From Candidatus Bathyarchaeota archaeon (lineage in GTDB: Archaea; Thermoproteota; Bathyarchaeia; 40CM-2-53-6): a stretch of 64,000 nt of DNA. The notes under the pieces are model-generated. The model was given only the letters and a program-made list of their open reading frames with translations, searched no databases and was not told the DNA's origin. Below, piece by piece: positions 8,710-18,625 of this stretch. The stretch is from the NCBI GenBank assembly GCA_963733055.1, contig CAVTBR010000001.1, positions 1,152,001 through 1,216,000 on the forward strand. Direction: 5' to 3'. The position numbers were made by a program, and so were the translations under genes. Within the stretch, counting starts at the first letter, position 1. Each line of letters begins with the position of its first letter.

Positions 8710-9931
8710 AACCTTGACTGAGAACCTCCTCATAGCCCAATCAGGCGGACCGACCGCAGTCATTAACAGTAGTATCTCCGGGATCATCGAACAAGCCAAG
8801 CAACAGAGTAAAGTCGGCTCAATTTACGGCGCAGTAAATGGAATTCTCGGCGTCCTCAACGAGGATCTCGTCGACCTACGCCAAGAAGACCCGTCAACGA
8901 TCTCGATGCTCAGGAAAACCCCCTCCGCTGCTCTAGGCTCCTGCCGGTACAAGTTGACCAAAGACGACTATTCCCGGCTGCTGGAAGTCTTTGCGGCCCA
9001 CAACATTTCCTACTTCCTCTGCGCTGGCGGGAACGACTCCATGGATACAGCTCACAGGGTAGCTCAACTTGCTTCTGAAAGAAAATACGACGTAACGGTG
9101 ATTGGCGTCCCGAAGACCGTCGACAACGACCTTATGGTTACCGACCACTGTCCAGGATACGGGAGCGTCGCACGATTCAACGCGATCGCCGTCCGAGATT
9201 CCGGTTTGGACACAGAAGCCATCTACACAGCCGACCCAGTGAAGATCATCGAAACGATGGGCAGGGACACGGGTTGGATAACCGCAAGTACGGCCTTAGC
9301 TAGGGACGGGGCTGATAGTGCTCCTCATCTAATCTACCTGCCCGAACGCCCGTTTGGAGCAGCTAGTTTTCTTGCGGACGTCAAATCCATTCACGATAGG
9401 CTTGGAAGGGTTGTGGTATGCGTGTGTGAGGGGTTGAAGGATGAGAAGGGCGAATTCGTGAAGGCCTCCTCGAAACAGATAGACACGGACAAGTTTGGGC
9501 ACGCGCAACTAGGCGGTGTTGGAGATTATCTGGCGAGCTTAGTTTCTGAGAAGCTGAAAATCAAGGCGCGCTGCGATAAACCGGGAACAATTCAGAGAGT
9601 CTCAATGATGTGCGCGTCCCGGGTAGATCTGGATGAAGCCTACCGCGTAGGACAGGCTGCAGTCTCACAGGCCGTAGGTGGAGAGTCTGACAAGATGGTT
9701 ACATTGGTAAGAAGTTCGAACGATCCATACAAATGCGAAACTGGCCTCGTCGAACTGGAACAAGTCGCGCTCAAAACCAAGAAAGTTCCGATTGAATTCA
9801 TCAATAACGAATCCAACTTCGTCAGCGAGCGATTCCTCGATTACGCGAGACCTCTAATTGGCGGGCCACTGCCAGAATATGCTCATTTGGAGAGAAAAAG
9901 GGTAGGCAGACATCTCCCAGTCCGCGCGTAA
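8702..9931 (+). CDS. pfp: Phosphofructokinase-A family kinase, PPi-dependent signature
   Basis: QSGGPTAVIN, GGNDSMDT (Asp at the PPi-specificity position), PKTVDND and MGRDTGW motifs. Confidence 0.8.
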   Translation: MRETLTENLLIAQSGGPTAVINSSISGIIEQAKQQSKVGSIYGAVNGILGVLNEDLVDLRQEDPSTISMLRKTPSAALGSCRYKLTKDDYSRLLEVFAAHNISYFLCAGGNDSMDTAHRVAQLASERKYDVTVIGVPKTVDNDLMVTDHCPGYGSVARFNAIAVRDSGLDTEAIYTADPVKIIETMGRDTGWITASTALARDGADSAPHLIYLPERPFGAASFLADVKSIHDRLGRVVVCVCEGLKDEKGEFVKASSKQIDTDKFGHAQLGGVGDYLASLVSEKLKIKARCDKPGTIQRVSMMCASRVDLDEAYRVGQAAVSQAVGGESDKMVTLVRSSNDPYKCETGLVELEQVALKTKKVPIEFINNESNFVSERFLDYARPLIGGPLPEYAHLERKRVGRHLPVRA

Positions 9932-9994
9932 CTCTCGCTGGGAGCGGCTGGCAAGTCTTTTCTATTGGATGAGTTGATTCGAGCGAGGATTCGT

Positions 9995-11175
9995 ATGGCG
10001 CAGAAACAAGTCGCAGCAGTTTTACACGCTGACTGGAAGGCACGGCCAGACTACAAGCCCACGGACGAGGAATTGAGAACTAAACGGGCTACCTATGCGA
10101 GCAGGGTTTGGCACAACCCGAGGGTGGTAGTTGAAGAGATCCCGATCCCCGAAGTTGGGCCGAAAGATGTCCTGGTCCGGTTGAAGGCATGTGGCATCTG
10201 CGGATCTGACATGCACCTCTACGAGAGCGACAAGGACGGTTACATTCTGTACCCAGGCCTCGTGAAGACCCCCGTGGTTCTCGGCCATGAACTCTCAGGT
10301 CAGGTAGAGAGGGTGGGAAGTGAGGTTTCTAACTTGAAACCCGGCGACATGGTCGTTTGTGAGGAGATGTGGTGGTGTGGTGAATGCGATCCGTGTAGGA
10401 CCGGTTACCTCAATCAATGCATCAACCTGATGGAAATGGGCTTCACCGACAACGGCGGCTGCGAGCAATACATGAACATCCACTACAAATTCTGCTGGAA
10501 AATTAACGATTTCAAGAAAGTCTTCAAAACTGAAGACAAGATTTACGAAGCCGGTTCACTCGTCGAACCAGCATGCGTTGCATACAACGCCATGTTCGTA
10601 CGCGCGGAAGGCTTCAAACCAGGCTCCGCGGTGGTTGTCTGGGCGCGGGCCCAATTGGTTTAGGTGCGATTGCTCTCGCGAGAGCCGCCGGTGCGGGGAA
10701 GGTCATCGCGTTTGAGCCCCGCAACAAGCGCGCGGAGATTGCAAGGCAAGTAGGTGCGGACGAGGTTTTCGACCAATTCGCGCTGCTCAAATCTGGAACT
10801 CAGCCTTGGGAGAAAATATTGGAGTTGACTGGTGGGGAAGGGGTTGACATGCACGTCGAGTCTGCGGGCGACCCAACTTTCGTCATGCCCCAAGCCGAAC
10901 GCTGTATGAACTTCGGCGGGAAGATCGTCGACATTGGAAGAGCGGATAAGGCCTCGCCGGTTTTCTTTGAACTATACCAAGTAAGGGCCTTGCAGGCGTA
11001 TGGGAGCCAAGGGCATGCAGGTGGCGGTGTGTGGCCTAACGTTATCAAACTCATGGCCTCGGGGAGGGTGGACACGACGAAGATCATCACAAGCCGCTAC
11101 GGTGTCTCAGACGTGCCCAAAGCCCTTGAAAAACTAAAGGACCGCGAAGACGCCAAAGTCACCATCAAACCCTAA
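9995..11175 (+). CDS. iolM: scyllo-inosose 3-dehydrogenase (Zn-dependent), frameshifted near 10641
   Basis: VLHADW...SRVWHNP...CGICGSD...GYILYPGL...GHELSG closely resembles Thermotoga IolM; one G missing at VVW-GAGPIG joins ORFs 9965-10663 and 10573-11175. Confidence 0.8.
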
Positions 11176-11204
11176 CACCCGCGAAAATATCTCGAGATAG
11201 AGAT

Positions 11205-12380
11205 ATGCAATACCGGGAACTCCACGCGCCTAACATAGGCGTTGGGTTGGTGGGGTATAGCATCGGCAGGGTTCACACCCACGCCTGGCTGAACATGCCT
11301 CTACACTACTACCCCCCACCCGCAAAACCAATACTCGTGGCGGTCGCCGGACGAAACCGTGACCGTCTGACGGCTTTTGCAGAGAAATTTGGTTACAAGA
11401 AAACATACGACAACGCAATGAACCTCGTGAAGGACCCTGAGGTTGACGTCGTCGATTTATGCACGCCACCCTTCGCTCACTCCGAGATAGCAATCCAGGC
11501 GTGCGAGTTGGGAAAGCATGTCATCTGCGAAAAGCCCCTCGCTCGAACGGGTAAAGAAGCTCAAACGATGCTTCGTGCCGCAGAAAGGGCCGGCGTTAAA
11601 CACATGGCCGCTTTCAATTACAGATTCATACCTGCGGTCAGCTTTGCAAGGAAGCTTATCATGGAAGGGTTTGTTGGGCGCGTGCTCAGTTTTCGTGGAG
11701 CGTACTTGAACGTGGAAGTGGGCGATCTAGGATACATCAACCCCGACTTTCCGCTTGATTGGCACTTCAAGAATGAAACCGCTGGGTACGGAGCGCTCAG
11801 CGACCTAGGATCACACATCCTGGACCTCGCAAGATATCTTGTCGGAGAGATCGCTTCAGTGGCGGGTGCAACTGCGACCTACGTTAAAGAACGCCCTCTG
11901 CCAGAATCACCCGGGAAGAAGGGAAGGGTAGAAGTGGACGATTCAACCGTCGCCGCGGTGAAATTCGCAAATGGCGCTTTGGGGACGATTGAAGCTAGCT
12001 GGATGGCGCCGGGGAGAAAGGACTTTCTCCGGTTCGAAATCCTTGGAAGTGAGGGATCGCTCCGTTTCAACCTCGAACGCCTAAATGAGCTCGAAATATT
12101 TTCGCTCAAAGACCCGAACGAGCTTAGAGGCTTCAGGGATGTTTGGACAACTTCCAAGACCCATCCTTACATGGATAAGTTCTGGTTTGAACAGGGAGGG
12201 GGGTTCGGTTGGGACCACGCATTCGTAAACGAAGTTCACCATTTCACCAACTGCATAGTCAACGACAAACCGGTCGAACCGGAAGGGGCAACGTTTCTGG
12301 ACGGGTATAGGAATTGTTTGGTTATGGATGCGATCGCTAAATCTGCGTCGACAGACCGCTGGGTTCACATCGCGAACTAA
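11205..12380 (+). CDS. Gfo/Idh/MocA oxidoreductase (inositol dehydrogenase-like)
   Basis: GVGLVG, KHVICEKPLA, AFNYRF and GALSDLGSHILD motifs. Confidence 0.88.
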   Translation: MQYRELHAPNIGVGLVGYSIGRVHTHAWLNMPLHYYPPPAKPILVAVAGRNRDRLTAFAEKFGYKKTYDNAMNLVKDPEVDVVDLCTPPFAHSEIAIQACELGKHVICEKPLARTGKEAQTMLRAAERAGVKHMAAFNYRFIPAVSFARKLIMEGFVGRVLSFRGAYLNVEVGDLGYINPDFPLDWHFKNETAGYGALSDLGSHILDLARYLVGEIASVAGATATYVKERPLPESPGKKGRVEVDDSTVAAVKFANGALGTIEASWMAPGRKDFLRFEILGSEGSLRFNLERLNELEIFSLKDPNELRGFRDVWTTSKTHPYMDKFWFEQGGGFGWDHAFVNEVHHFTNCIVNDKPVEPEGATFLDGYRNCLVMDAIAKSASTDRWVHIAN

Positions 12381-12436
12381 ATCTTGAATCTTAAATACGC
12401 AAACTCCTCTCCCTGAACAGAACGGTGTATTGTGAA

Positions 12437-13408
12437 ATGGGTAAATGGAAACTTCCTCCCACCGGCGGGCATATGGAGAAACAGGATGGAATTTACTTCC
12501 AGAACATGACGATGAATCAGGTGCATGAGAGGCTCAAGAAGAACGACCTAATCATAATCCCACTCGGCGCGACTGAAAACCACGGCCCCCACGCGGCCGT
12601 TGGTGAAGACATCTATTTGGTTTGTCGGATGGCTGAGATGGTGGCGGAGAAAACTGGGTGCACGGTTGCCCAACCTTTCTGGTACGGCTCACACCCCTAT
12701 CACCACATGGGCATGCCGGGTACGGTGATTATAGACGATGATGCGTTCAAAGCGACGCTGCGCGGCATTATGGCGGGGTTCTGGAACGCTGGGTTCAGAA
12801 AGCAGATTCTGTTCAACGGACACGGACAGGAGTACGTCATCCCATCCGCGATTCACCAATTTGCAAAGAGATACCAAGTTCCCGGCGTGTTCATCAACCT
12901 GAACTGGTGGGCCATCTCCCCGCAACATATCAAGGACAAGGAGCATGGGGGCCCGTTCGAAACTCCGTTCATTCACGCGGATGAAGTTGAAACATCCTAC
13001 AGCTTAGCCCTATTCCCCGAATTAATGAAAATGGAAGACGCGGTTGATTCGGACACGTACGGTTTCCTCCCCAACCACGGCCGGCATGTGGACAAGGCGG
13101 CCAACGCCTACCAACGCCCAATCGCCTGGTACGGCCAGATGGGTGCCTCGGCTATGGAGATTTACGCCTACCCGAAAGGAGTGGTGGGGAAAGCAACCCT
13201 CGCCAAAGCAGAGAAAGCCTACCCAGGCGTCGAAGCTATTCTCGACTACATGGTTGAATTGCATGATGACATAATGAAGAAATTCCCCGCAGGCGTCCTC
13301 CCACCCGTCGAGCAAGTAACTAACCGAAACAAAGCCGACATCGAAGCCGTGATTAAGGGCCCGTTGAAGGGCGGACGTCACATCTACACTCTCGCCTATC
13401 CACCCTAA
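12437..13408 (+). CDS. iolN: 3-dehydro-scyllo-inosose hydrolase (creatininase family)
   Basis: GIYFQNMTM, ENHGP, YGSHPYHHMGMPGT, NGHGQE, PFIHADEVETS and RPIAWYG closely match Thermotoga IolN as I recall it; TTAAATA box at 12391. Confidence 0.85.
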   Translation: MGKWKLPPTGGHMEKQDGIYFQNMTMNQVHERLKKNDLIIIPLGATENHGPHAAVGEDIYLVCRMAEMVAEKTGCTVAQPFWYGSHPYHHMGMPGTVIIDDDAFKATLRGIMAGFWNAGFRKQILFNGHGQEYVIPSAIHQFAKRYQVPGVFINLNWWAISPQHIKDKEHGGPFETPFIHADEVETSYSLALFPELMKMEDAVDSDTYGFLPNHGRHVDKAANAYQRPIAWYGQMGASAMEIYAYPKGVVGKATLAKAEKAYPGVEAILDYMVELHDDIMKKFPAGVLPPVEQVTNRNKADIEAVIKGPLKGGRHIYTLAYPP

Positions 13409-13461
13409 CCTCTCATCTTTCTGAGAAAGTAGGCCACGAAGGATCTAAACAGAGTTCATTT

Positions 13462-13497
13462 GAGAAAGAAAGAAAATCAGGCGGAAGCAGTCCGCCT
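13462..13497 (-). terminator. Hairpin plus U-rich terminator
   Basis: Minus strand AGGCGGA-CTGCT-TCCGCCT followed by GATTTTCTTTCTTTCTC. Confidence 0.6.
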
Positions 13498-13512
13498 CTC
13501 TGGCAAGAGAAC

Positions 13513-13593
13513 TTAAGCTACTTGTTCCTCTTGTCTTATGTTCTTGTCGTGCTCCTTACCTAAGCTCATCTTAACTTTGCGTTTCTTGGCCAT
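13513..13593 (-). CDS. 26-aa small protein MAKKRKVKMSLGKEHDKNIRQEEQVA
   Basis: GGAGGTG SD 8 nt upstream of ATG, TTAAATA box at 13649-13643, downstream terminator. Confidence 0.6.
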   Translation of the reverse strand: MAKKRKVKMSLGKEHDKNIRQEEQVA

Positions 13594-13729
13594 CCCTCAA
13601 ACACCTCCACTAATTGTCTAGAAACACCATATGTCGTTCAAGTATTTAACGCGGCTTGGAGAGAAAGTCCTAAAGAGTAATTATGCCCAATTTCCACTCG
13701 GTAGAAATTAAGCCAGCATAGGCCTTAGC

Positions 13730-14758
13730 TTACATGGTGATTACGGTCTTCACGGCTTCTCCCTTCCTGTTTAGAGTGAAGGCTTTGTCGATTTCCTTCA
13801 AGGGAATTTCGTGGGTGACGATTACGTCAACCGGGACGAAGCCCGCGTCCAGCATCTCAATGGCGGGCCTAAAGCTTGCGACTTGGGTATGGGTTCCGAG
13901 TATGTCCTTCTCGTAGCGCATGATGTCGAAGGGGCTGAATTTCGCCTCCGCCTCGGGTCTGCATGTCCCCATTATAACCACCCTTCCTCCATACGCGGAT
14001 GATTGAAGCGCGGCTTCCACCGTCTCAATCTTCCCGATAACTTCAACCGCAACATCCGCGCCCTGACCCCCAGTTTCTTCCTTAACCCGTTTCACCGGGT
14101 TCTCGGAGGATGGGTCGATTGTTACGTTTGCTCCGACGTTGAGGGCTGCTTCTCTTCTCTTAGGCGCGATCTCTACGGCGATTATTTTGCGGGCCCCAGC
14201 TTTACCTAACAAGCTCACCCAGAACAACCCCATAGGCCCAGCCCCATAAACCACGGCAGTGTCGGATGGTTTCACTCTTGCGCGGAGGAAACCGTTGACG
14301 ACGCACGAGAAGGGTTCCGTCATGGCGGCTGTCTTCCAATTCATTTGCTTAGGCACCTTGAAGACAAATCCTTCGGGCGCGCGCATGTAATTGGCGAACC
14401 CTCCGTCTATGTCCTCGCCAATGCTGACAAGGTTCTCACAAAGGTTAGGCCTATCCGACCTGCAATACCTGCAAACCCCACATCTCAGGTTTGGGTCGAC
14501 AACAACATGATCCCCAACCGCCACACTCTTCACATCCTTCCCTACCTCAAAAACCTCTCCAGCGCACTCGTGGCCGAGAATCACCGGAGGCTTCGCGGGG
14601 TGGCGCCCTTCTAGAACGGCGAGATCGGTTCCGCACATTCCACATGCTCGCATACGGATGATAACATCATTCCTTCCTGACGCGACCGGAGCCTCTACCT
14701 CGACAACTTTAACGCCGCCCTCGATTCCTTCGAAACGAGCACCGAACATCTTCCCCAA
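13730..14758 (-). CDS. Zn-dependent polyol/sugar dehydrogenase (MDR)
   Basis: CGMCGTD, GHE, CGVCRYC...C and GAGPMG motifs. Confidence 0.88.
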   Translation of the reverse strand: MGKMFGARFEGIEGGVKVVEVEAPVASGRNDVIIRMRACGMCGTDLAVLEGRHPAKPPVILGHECAGEVFEVGKDVKSVAVGDHVVVDPNLRCGVCRYCRSDRPNLCENLVSIGEDIDGGFANYMRAPEGFVFKVPKQMNWKTAAMTEPFSCVVNGFLRARVKPSDTAVVYGAGPMGLFWVSLLGKAGARKIIAVEIAPKRREAALNVGANVTIDPSSENPVKRVKEETGGQGADVAVEVIGKIETVEAALQSSAYGGRVVIMGTCRPEAEAKFSPFDIMRYEKDILGTHTQVASFRPAIEMLDAGFVPVDVIVTHEIPLKEIDKAFTLNRKGEAVKTVITM

Positions 14759-14850
14759 TCAAAACTCAACTCAATGCTCTCGGTGCACCCTTTGCTCTTA
14801 TAAAATTCAGCTTCACCGAGAAAAAGGGGCCCTATCACGGGGGAGTACCG

Positions 14851-16011
14851 TTACTTTTTCGGGGTTACCACAACTTTCATCGAGTCCGGCGCGATGGATT
14901 TCTTCAACGCTTCCTCTGCTGATCCGACTCCGAATTGGTGGGTGACTGCCTTAGAGAATTGAATCGCTCCACGATTGTTCTCGATCATTTTGAGGACTCG
15001 GCCGTACGCTTGGTATGGCATCCCTGCCGCCCCAATGATTCTTGCATTCTTTGCTACGATCTGGCGAGAAGCCGAAATTTGTGTGGGCGCCTCCTCTACG
15101 AACGCCCCCTCTACCAAATAAGTGCCCCCAAGCCGAAGCATATCCAGGCCCTCCGACAGAATTCCAGGATCTCCAGTGCACTCAACGACTAGGTCGGCCC
15201 CGAGGCCGTCGGTGAGTTCCATGACACGCGCCGTCCGTTCCTCTTCTCTCGGATAATCGTTCAGGCTGATCGTTTCGTTTACGCAGAGTTCCTTGGCGAG
15301 CTTAAGACGGTATTCGGATTTGTCTACAGCTATTATTTTCCCTGCCCCTAGCATCTTGGCCATGAAAGCGTTACAGATTCCCAGTGGACCGATTCCCTGA
15401 ACGACTACAGCGTCTGCCGGAGCATAACCTTCTTTCGAGTTCGGCCCTTGGAAAGCTCGCCCAAAGGCGCCATAAGCGACCGCTAGCTGTTCAGCCAAAA
15501 CCGCCTCCTCATCCGAAAGCTGAGAGGGGACTCGGAACATGAAAGTTCCAGGGAGGATGTACATCATCTCTGCCCACCCCCCGAACAGGTGCGGGGGCTG
15601 TTCGCAACTGATCACGTCTCCGTAGCTTCGGTGGTTCAGACACCAAGGATACCCGTACACGTTTCTGCAGTAGTAGCAATGGCCGCAAACGATATCGGCT
15701 GAGATGACTACGCGTTCACCTGCCTTAAGCGGTGAACCATCAGTGCTCATGTCTCTTGAAGCGTTTCTCCCAATCTTCTCTATGACTCCTAAGTTCTCGT
15801 GACCGGGAATCACTGGAAAAGTTACAACGGCGCCGGGAAGCCCAAGCTTCGTCTGGCCGGAGTACATGTGCTTGTCCGTTCCACAAATCGCGGACCCGAG
15901 CATACGCACTAATGCAGAATCATCCGTAACCTCAGGAATAGGAAAACTCCTGGTAATCATCTTTCCAGGCGCAGCCATCACCGCTGCCCTAACAGATCCG
16001 GTTGACTTCAA
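14851..16011 (-). CDS. Zn-dependent dehydrogenase (MDR)
   Basis: ICGTD, GHE, CGHCYYC...C and GIGPLG motifs; probable start TTG 16011. Confidence 0.85.
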   Translation of the reverse strand: MKSTGSVRAAVMAAPGKMITRSFPIPEVTDDSALVRMLGSAICGTDKHMYSGQTKLGLPGAVVTFPVIPGHENLGVIEKIGRNASRDMSTDGSPLKAGERVVISADIVCGHCYYCRNVYGYPWCLNHRSYGDVISCEQPPHLFGGWAEMMYILPGTFMFRVPSQLSDEEAVLAEQLAVAYGAFGRAFQGPNSKEGYAPADAVVVQGIGPLGICNAFMAKMLGAGKIIAVDKSEYRLKLAKELCVNETISLNDYPREEERTARVMELTDGLGADLVVECTGDPGILSEGLDMLRLGGTYLVEGAFVEEAPTQISASRQIVAKNARIIGAAGMPYQAYGRVLKMIENNRGAIQFSKAVTHQFGVGSAEEALKKSIAPDSMKVVVTPKK

Positions 16012-16110
16012 ACCACAATTCTCCAGGCTTCCTGATTGAGCGAAGATAGTTATGTTATATTCGATTGTTGTGGAAAGTTCAGCCGAGAATGTTTGGCGAC
16101 CGTGAGGAAG

Positions 16111-16929
16111 ATGATCCCCTGCATAAATCAAGCAACCGTGCTACCCGCGGATACACTCGAATTCATCGATGAAGCGAAAAAGGCAGGGTTCAGTCTCTTA
16201 GAGTTCGACATAGCAAAACTCGAAGAAACCCTCCAGAAACATGGTCTTTCCAAACTCAAAGAGGTCCTGGATCGCAACAAAATCCAAGTAGTCAGCCTGA
16301 ACGCCATTGAAAACTTCCCAATCCTAACCGAGAGCGAAATGGCTTCGTCGCTCGTTCGATGTGAAAAAATTTTCAGGTTAAGCAGAGACCTGAAATGTGA
16401 TCTCGTTGTTGTCAACCCCAATGAGTTCGAAGAAGGGAAGAGGGCGGAGACGCAGAGCGCGTTCGACCTGTTCGTTGACCGAGCTGCGGAAATCGCCGCC
16501 AGATTTTCGGTGAGGTTGAGTTATGAGTTTGTTTCCTACGAAAACAGGATTTTCAACACGCTCGCCGAGAGTTTGCGGGGGCTTTCACGATGGGGATCCG
16601 GGGTGGGGCTGGTTCTGGATGTGTTCCACCTTTACCGCTCGGGAGAAAAGCTAACCCAGATCCCAGATTCTCTAATGGATCGAATGTGGGTATTTCACGT
16701 AAATGATGCACCGCAAGCGCCAATCTCGGCTTTGAGGGATACCGATCGCGTCTTTCCGGGGGAAGGAGTCGTGAACGTGCGTGAGGCGTTGGGTGTACTA
16801 GAAGCGAGGGGGTTTGCTGGGCCCGTGTCGCTGGAACTTTTCAATGCGAAAGCTTGGAAGCAGCCTGCAGCCGCCGTGCTGGGTAAGTCTTGGAACAGCT
16901 TAGAGGGTCTGCTGCGAAATTCGCGTTAG
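16111..16929 (+). CDS. IolI-like inosose isomerase (TIM-barrel sugar isomerase)
   Basis: PCINQAT, YEFV, LVLDVFH, FHVNDAP...DTDRVFPGEG and SLELFN motifs as in B. subtilis IolI; start uncertain (16102 or 16111). Confidence 0.7.
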   Translation: MIPCINQATVLPADTLEFIDEAKKAGFSLLEFDIAKLEETLQKHGLSKLKEVLDRNKIQVVSLNAIENFPILTESEMASSLVRCEKIFRLSRDLKCDLVVVNPNEFEEGKRAETQSAFDLFVDRAAEIAARFSVRLSYEFVSYENRIFNTLAESLRGLSRWGSGVGLVLDVFHLYRSGEKLTQIPDSLMDRMWVFHVNDAPQAPISALRDTDRVFPGEGVVNVREALGVLEARGFAGPVSLELFNAKAWKQPAAAVLGKSWNSLEGLLRNSR

Positions 16930-16955
16930 GAGTCTCGTGGGGAAAAAATTCGGTC

Positions 16956-18584
16956 CTATTCGGGTGGGATTTCTTTGTATGCCGCGCCGATATTCAGCCC
17001 CATTCTGCTGAGTCGGAGTCTTGCAGTTAGGTAGATTACTACGCCGATGGCTGCCAACACCACGACACTCTCGACGGCTAGAGTGATGGACGCTCCGAGG
17101 TATACGGTACCCAAGGCTCCGCTTAGCGGAAACAGGAGGGCTATTGCGTAGAAGAGGAACGCTCCGATTCCGACCAGCGAACCAATGATAATCACGGGGG
17201 CTTGGCCCATGGCTCCAACCGTCCTCTTGAAGAGATCCTTCTTCACCACTGGAAAGAGAAGCGCGGCTACGAAGGGCAGCATGTAGCCAATCGGAGGGAT
17301 AATCCCGACACTCAACCAAGCGACCGCGAATCCCGCATACCAAAAGAAGGTGATGAAAATGAACCAGATAACCGAAACTAGCAAAATTGCAAGCTGAGGA
17401 GAATGGAATTTTTCATTTATCTCAGCGAACTTTGTCGGCAGTAACCGATCGAATGCCGCGGCAAAGAACATTCTGGAGATCGTTACAACGTAAGCGACAC
17501 AGACAACCACCCATCCTAGTGTGAGTCCCAATCCGATGAAGAACGCGGCCGCGGGGCTGGTTAGGGAAAGCAGCATCGTCGTTGTAGGATAAGTAGGTAA
17601 GGAGCTAGGGCTATTCGCCTGAACGTAGCTTGCGGAGTTCAAGAACGTAGAGCCGAAGTCATTGTACACCATCTGAGCCATCACTAGAAGAACAATGATG
17701 GTGACCGTGACGGAGAGGAAGAGGGCCTTTGTGATTGACGACTTGACATTCTTAGTCTCCCCAGCCAAATAGGCCCCATAATTGAAACCAGTGAAAGTAA
17801 GGAATCCCCACGGAATGGCGGCTAGAGCCGTATTGGTAAAGTTGAACTGTGTTCCGGCGAACCCTGCTTGAGTAGCTTGCGAAATTATCCCGCTGTAGGT
17901 AGCCGTTGATCCGGCGACCTGCATGGCGTGGTCGAAGAGTGCGGGGAAGGTAGATGGATTAACTGTGAAGAGGAGGGCGATGAATCCGATGTTGATTATT
18001 AGAAAGAGTCCGACGCACACCCTTTGAAACGAAGCGAAAACTCGCAGGCTGAAAATAGAGACAACCGATTCCAGAACGAGCAGAAGAACGCCGATTCCCC
18101 AACCAAAGCAAAATGAGGTGAGCGTGCACCCTGCGCTCATGGTTGAGGCTAGTGAGATGAGTCCTGAGTTGCCTGTTGTGACCCCGAGTGTGAACGCCCA
18201 TTGGGAAAGAGCGATAGTCACATTCGAATAGGTGGACAAACCAATCCCGATAATCACGGTCGTAACGAACAAGAAGACGAACTGAACGCTACCGAACAAT
18301 GGTCCGAGAATCCTCGAGGACCATACGTAGTCTCCACCACTTCTCGGAATAGCCGCACTCAGCTTGGAGTAGACGGCGGCCATGGCGAAGGCAGGAATCG
18401 AACCAAGAAGGAACACGAGGCCAAGATGAGCCCCGGGGAAGAAGAATGGCGCGAACAGGGCGGTTAGAACGAAGCCGTTGAGCATAACAATAATGGCTTG
18501 CGAGAGTATGAACTGATCTAGGAAACCAAGTTCCCGAACAAGCCCAGTTGCGTCCCGGACGAAAACCGGTTTTGAAGCGGACAT
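16956..18584 (-). CDS. APC-family permease
   Basis: FVRDATGLVR, PRSGGDYVW, AGETKN, SRMFFAAAFDRLLP motifs and C-terminal EIPPE. Confidence 0.88.
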   Translation of the reverse strand: MSASKPVFVRDATGLVRELGFLDQFILSQAIIVMLNGFVLTALFAPFFFPGAHLGLVFLLGSIPAFAMAAVYSKLSAAIPRSGGDYVWSSRILGPLFGSVQFVFLFVTTVIIGIGLSTYSNVTIALSQWAFTLGVTTGNSGLISLASTMSAGCTLTSFCFGWGIGVLLLVLESVVSIFSLRVFASFQRVCVGLFLIINIGFIALLFTVNPSTFPALFDHAMQVAGSTATYSGIISQATQAGFAGTQFNFTNTALAAIPWGFLTFTGFNYGAYLAGETKNVKSSITKALFLSVTVTIIVLLVMAQMVYNDFGSTFLNSASYVQANSPSSLPTYPTTTMLLSLTSPAAAFFIGLGLTLGWVVVCVAYVVTISRMFFAAAFDRLLPTKFAEINEKFHSPQLAILLVSVIWFIFITFFWYAGFAVAWLSVGIIPPIGYMLPFVAALLFPVVKKDLFKRTVGAMGQAPVIIIGSLVGIGAFLFYAIALLFPLSGALGTVYLGASITLAVESVVVLAAIGVVIYLTARLRLSRMGLNIGAAYKEIPPE

Positions 18585-18607
18585 ATCGGGTAGGTGCCGA
18601 GTGCTGA

Positions 18608-18621
18608 ATATTTAACGCTTT
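18608..18621 (-). promoter_or_regulatory. BRE/TATA promoter of the APC permease (probably leaderless)
   Basis: AAAGCG-TTAAATAT about 24 nt upstream of ATG 18584. Confidence 0.5.
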
Positions 18622-18625
18622 GCGG

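Noticed and set aside
10638-10650. Programmed frameshifting in iolM, HD hydrolase, aroK or aroA
   Set aside because: No slippery heptamer or stimulatory structure seen; mixed +1/-1 directions fit sequencing indels better.
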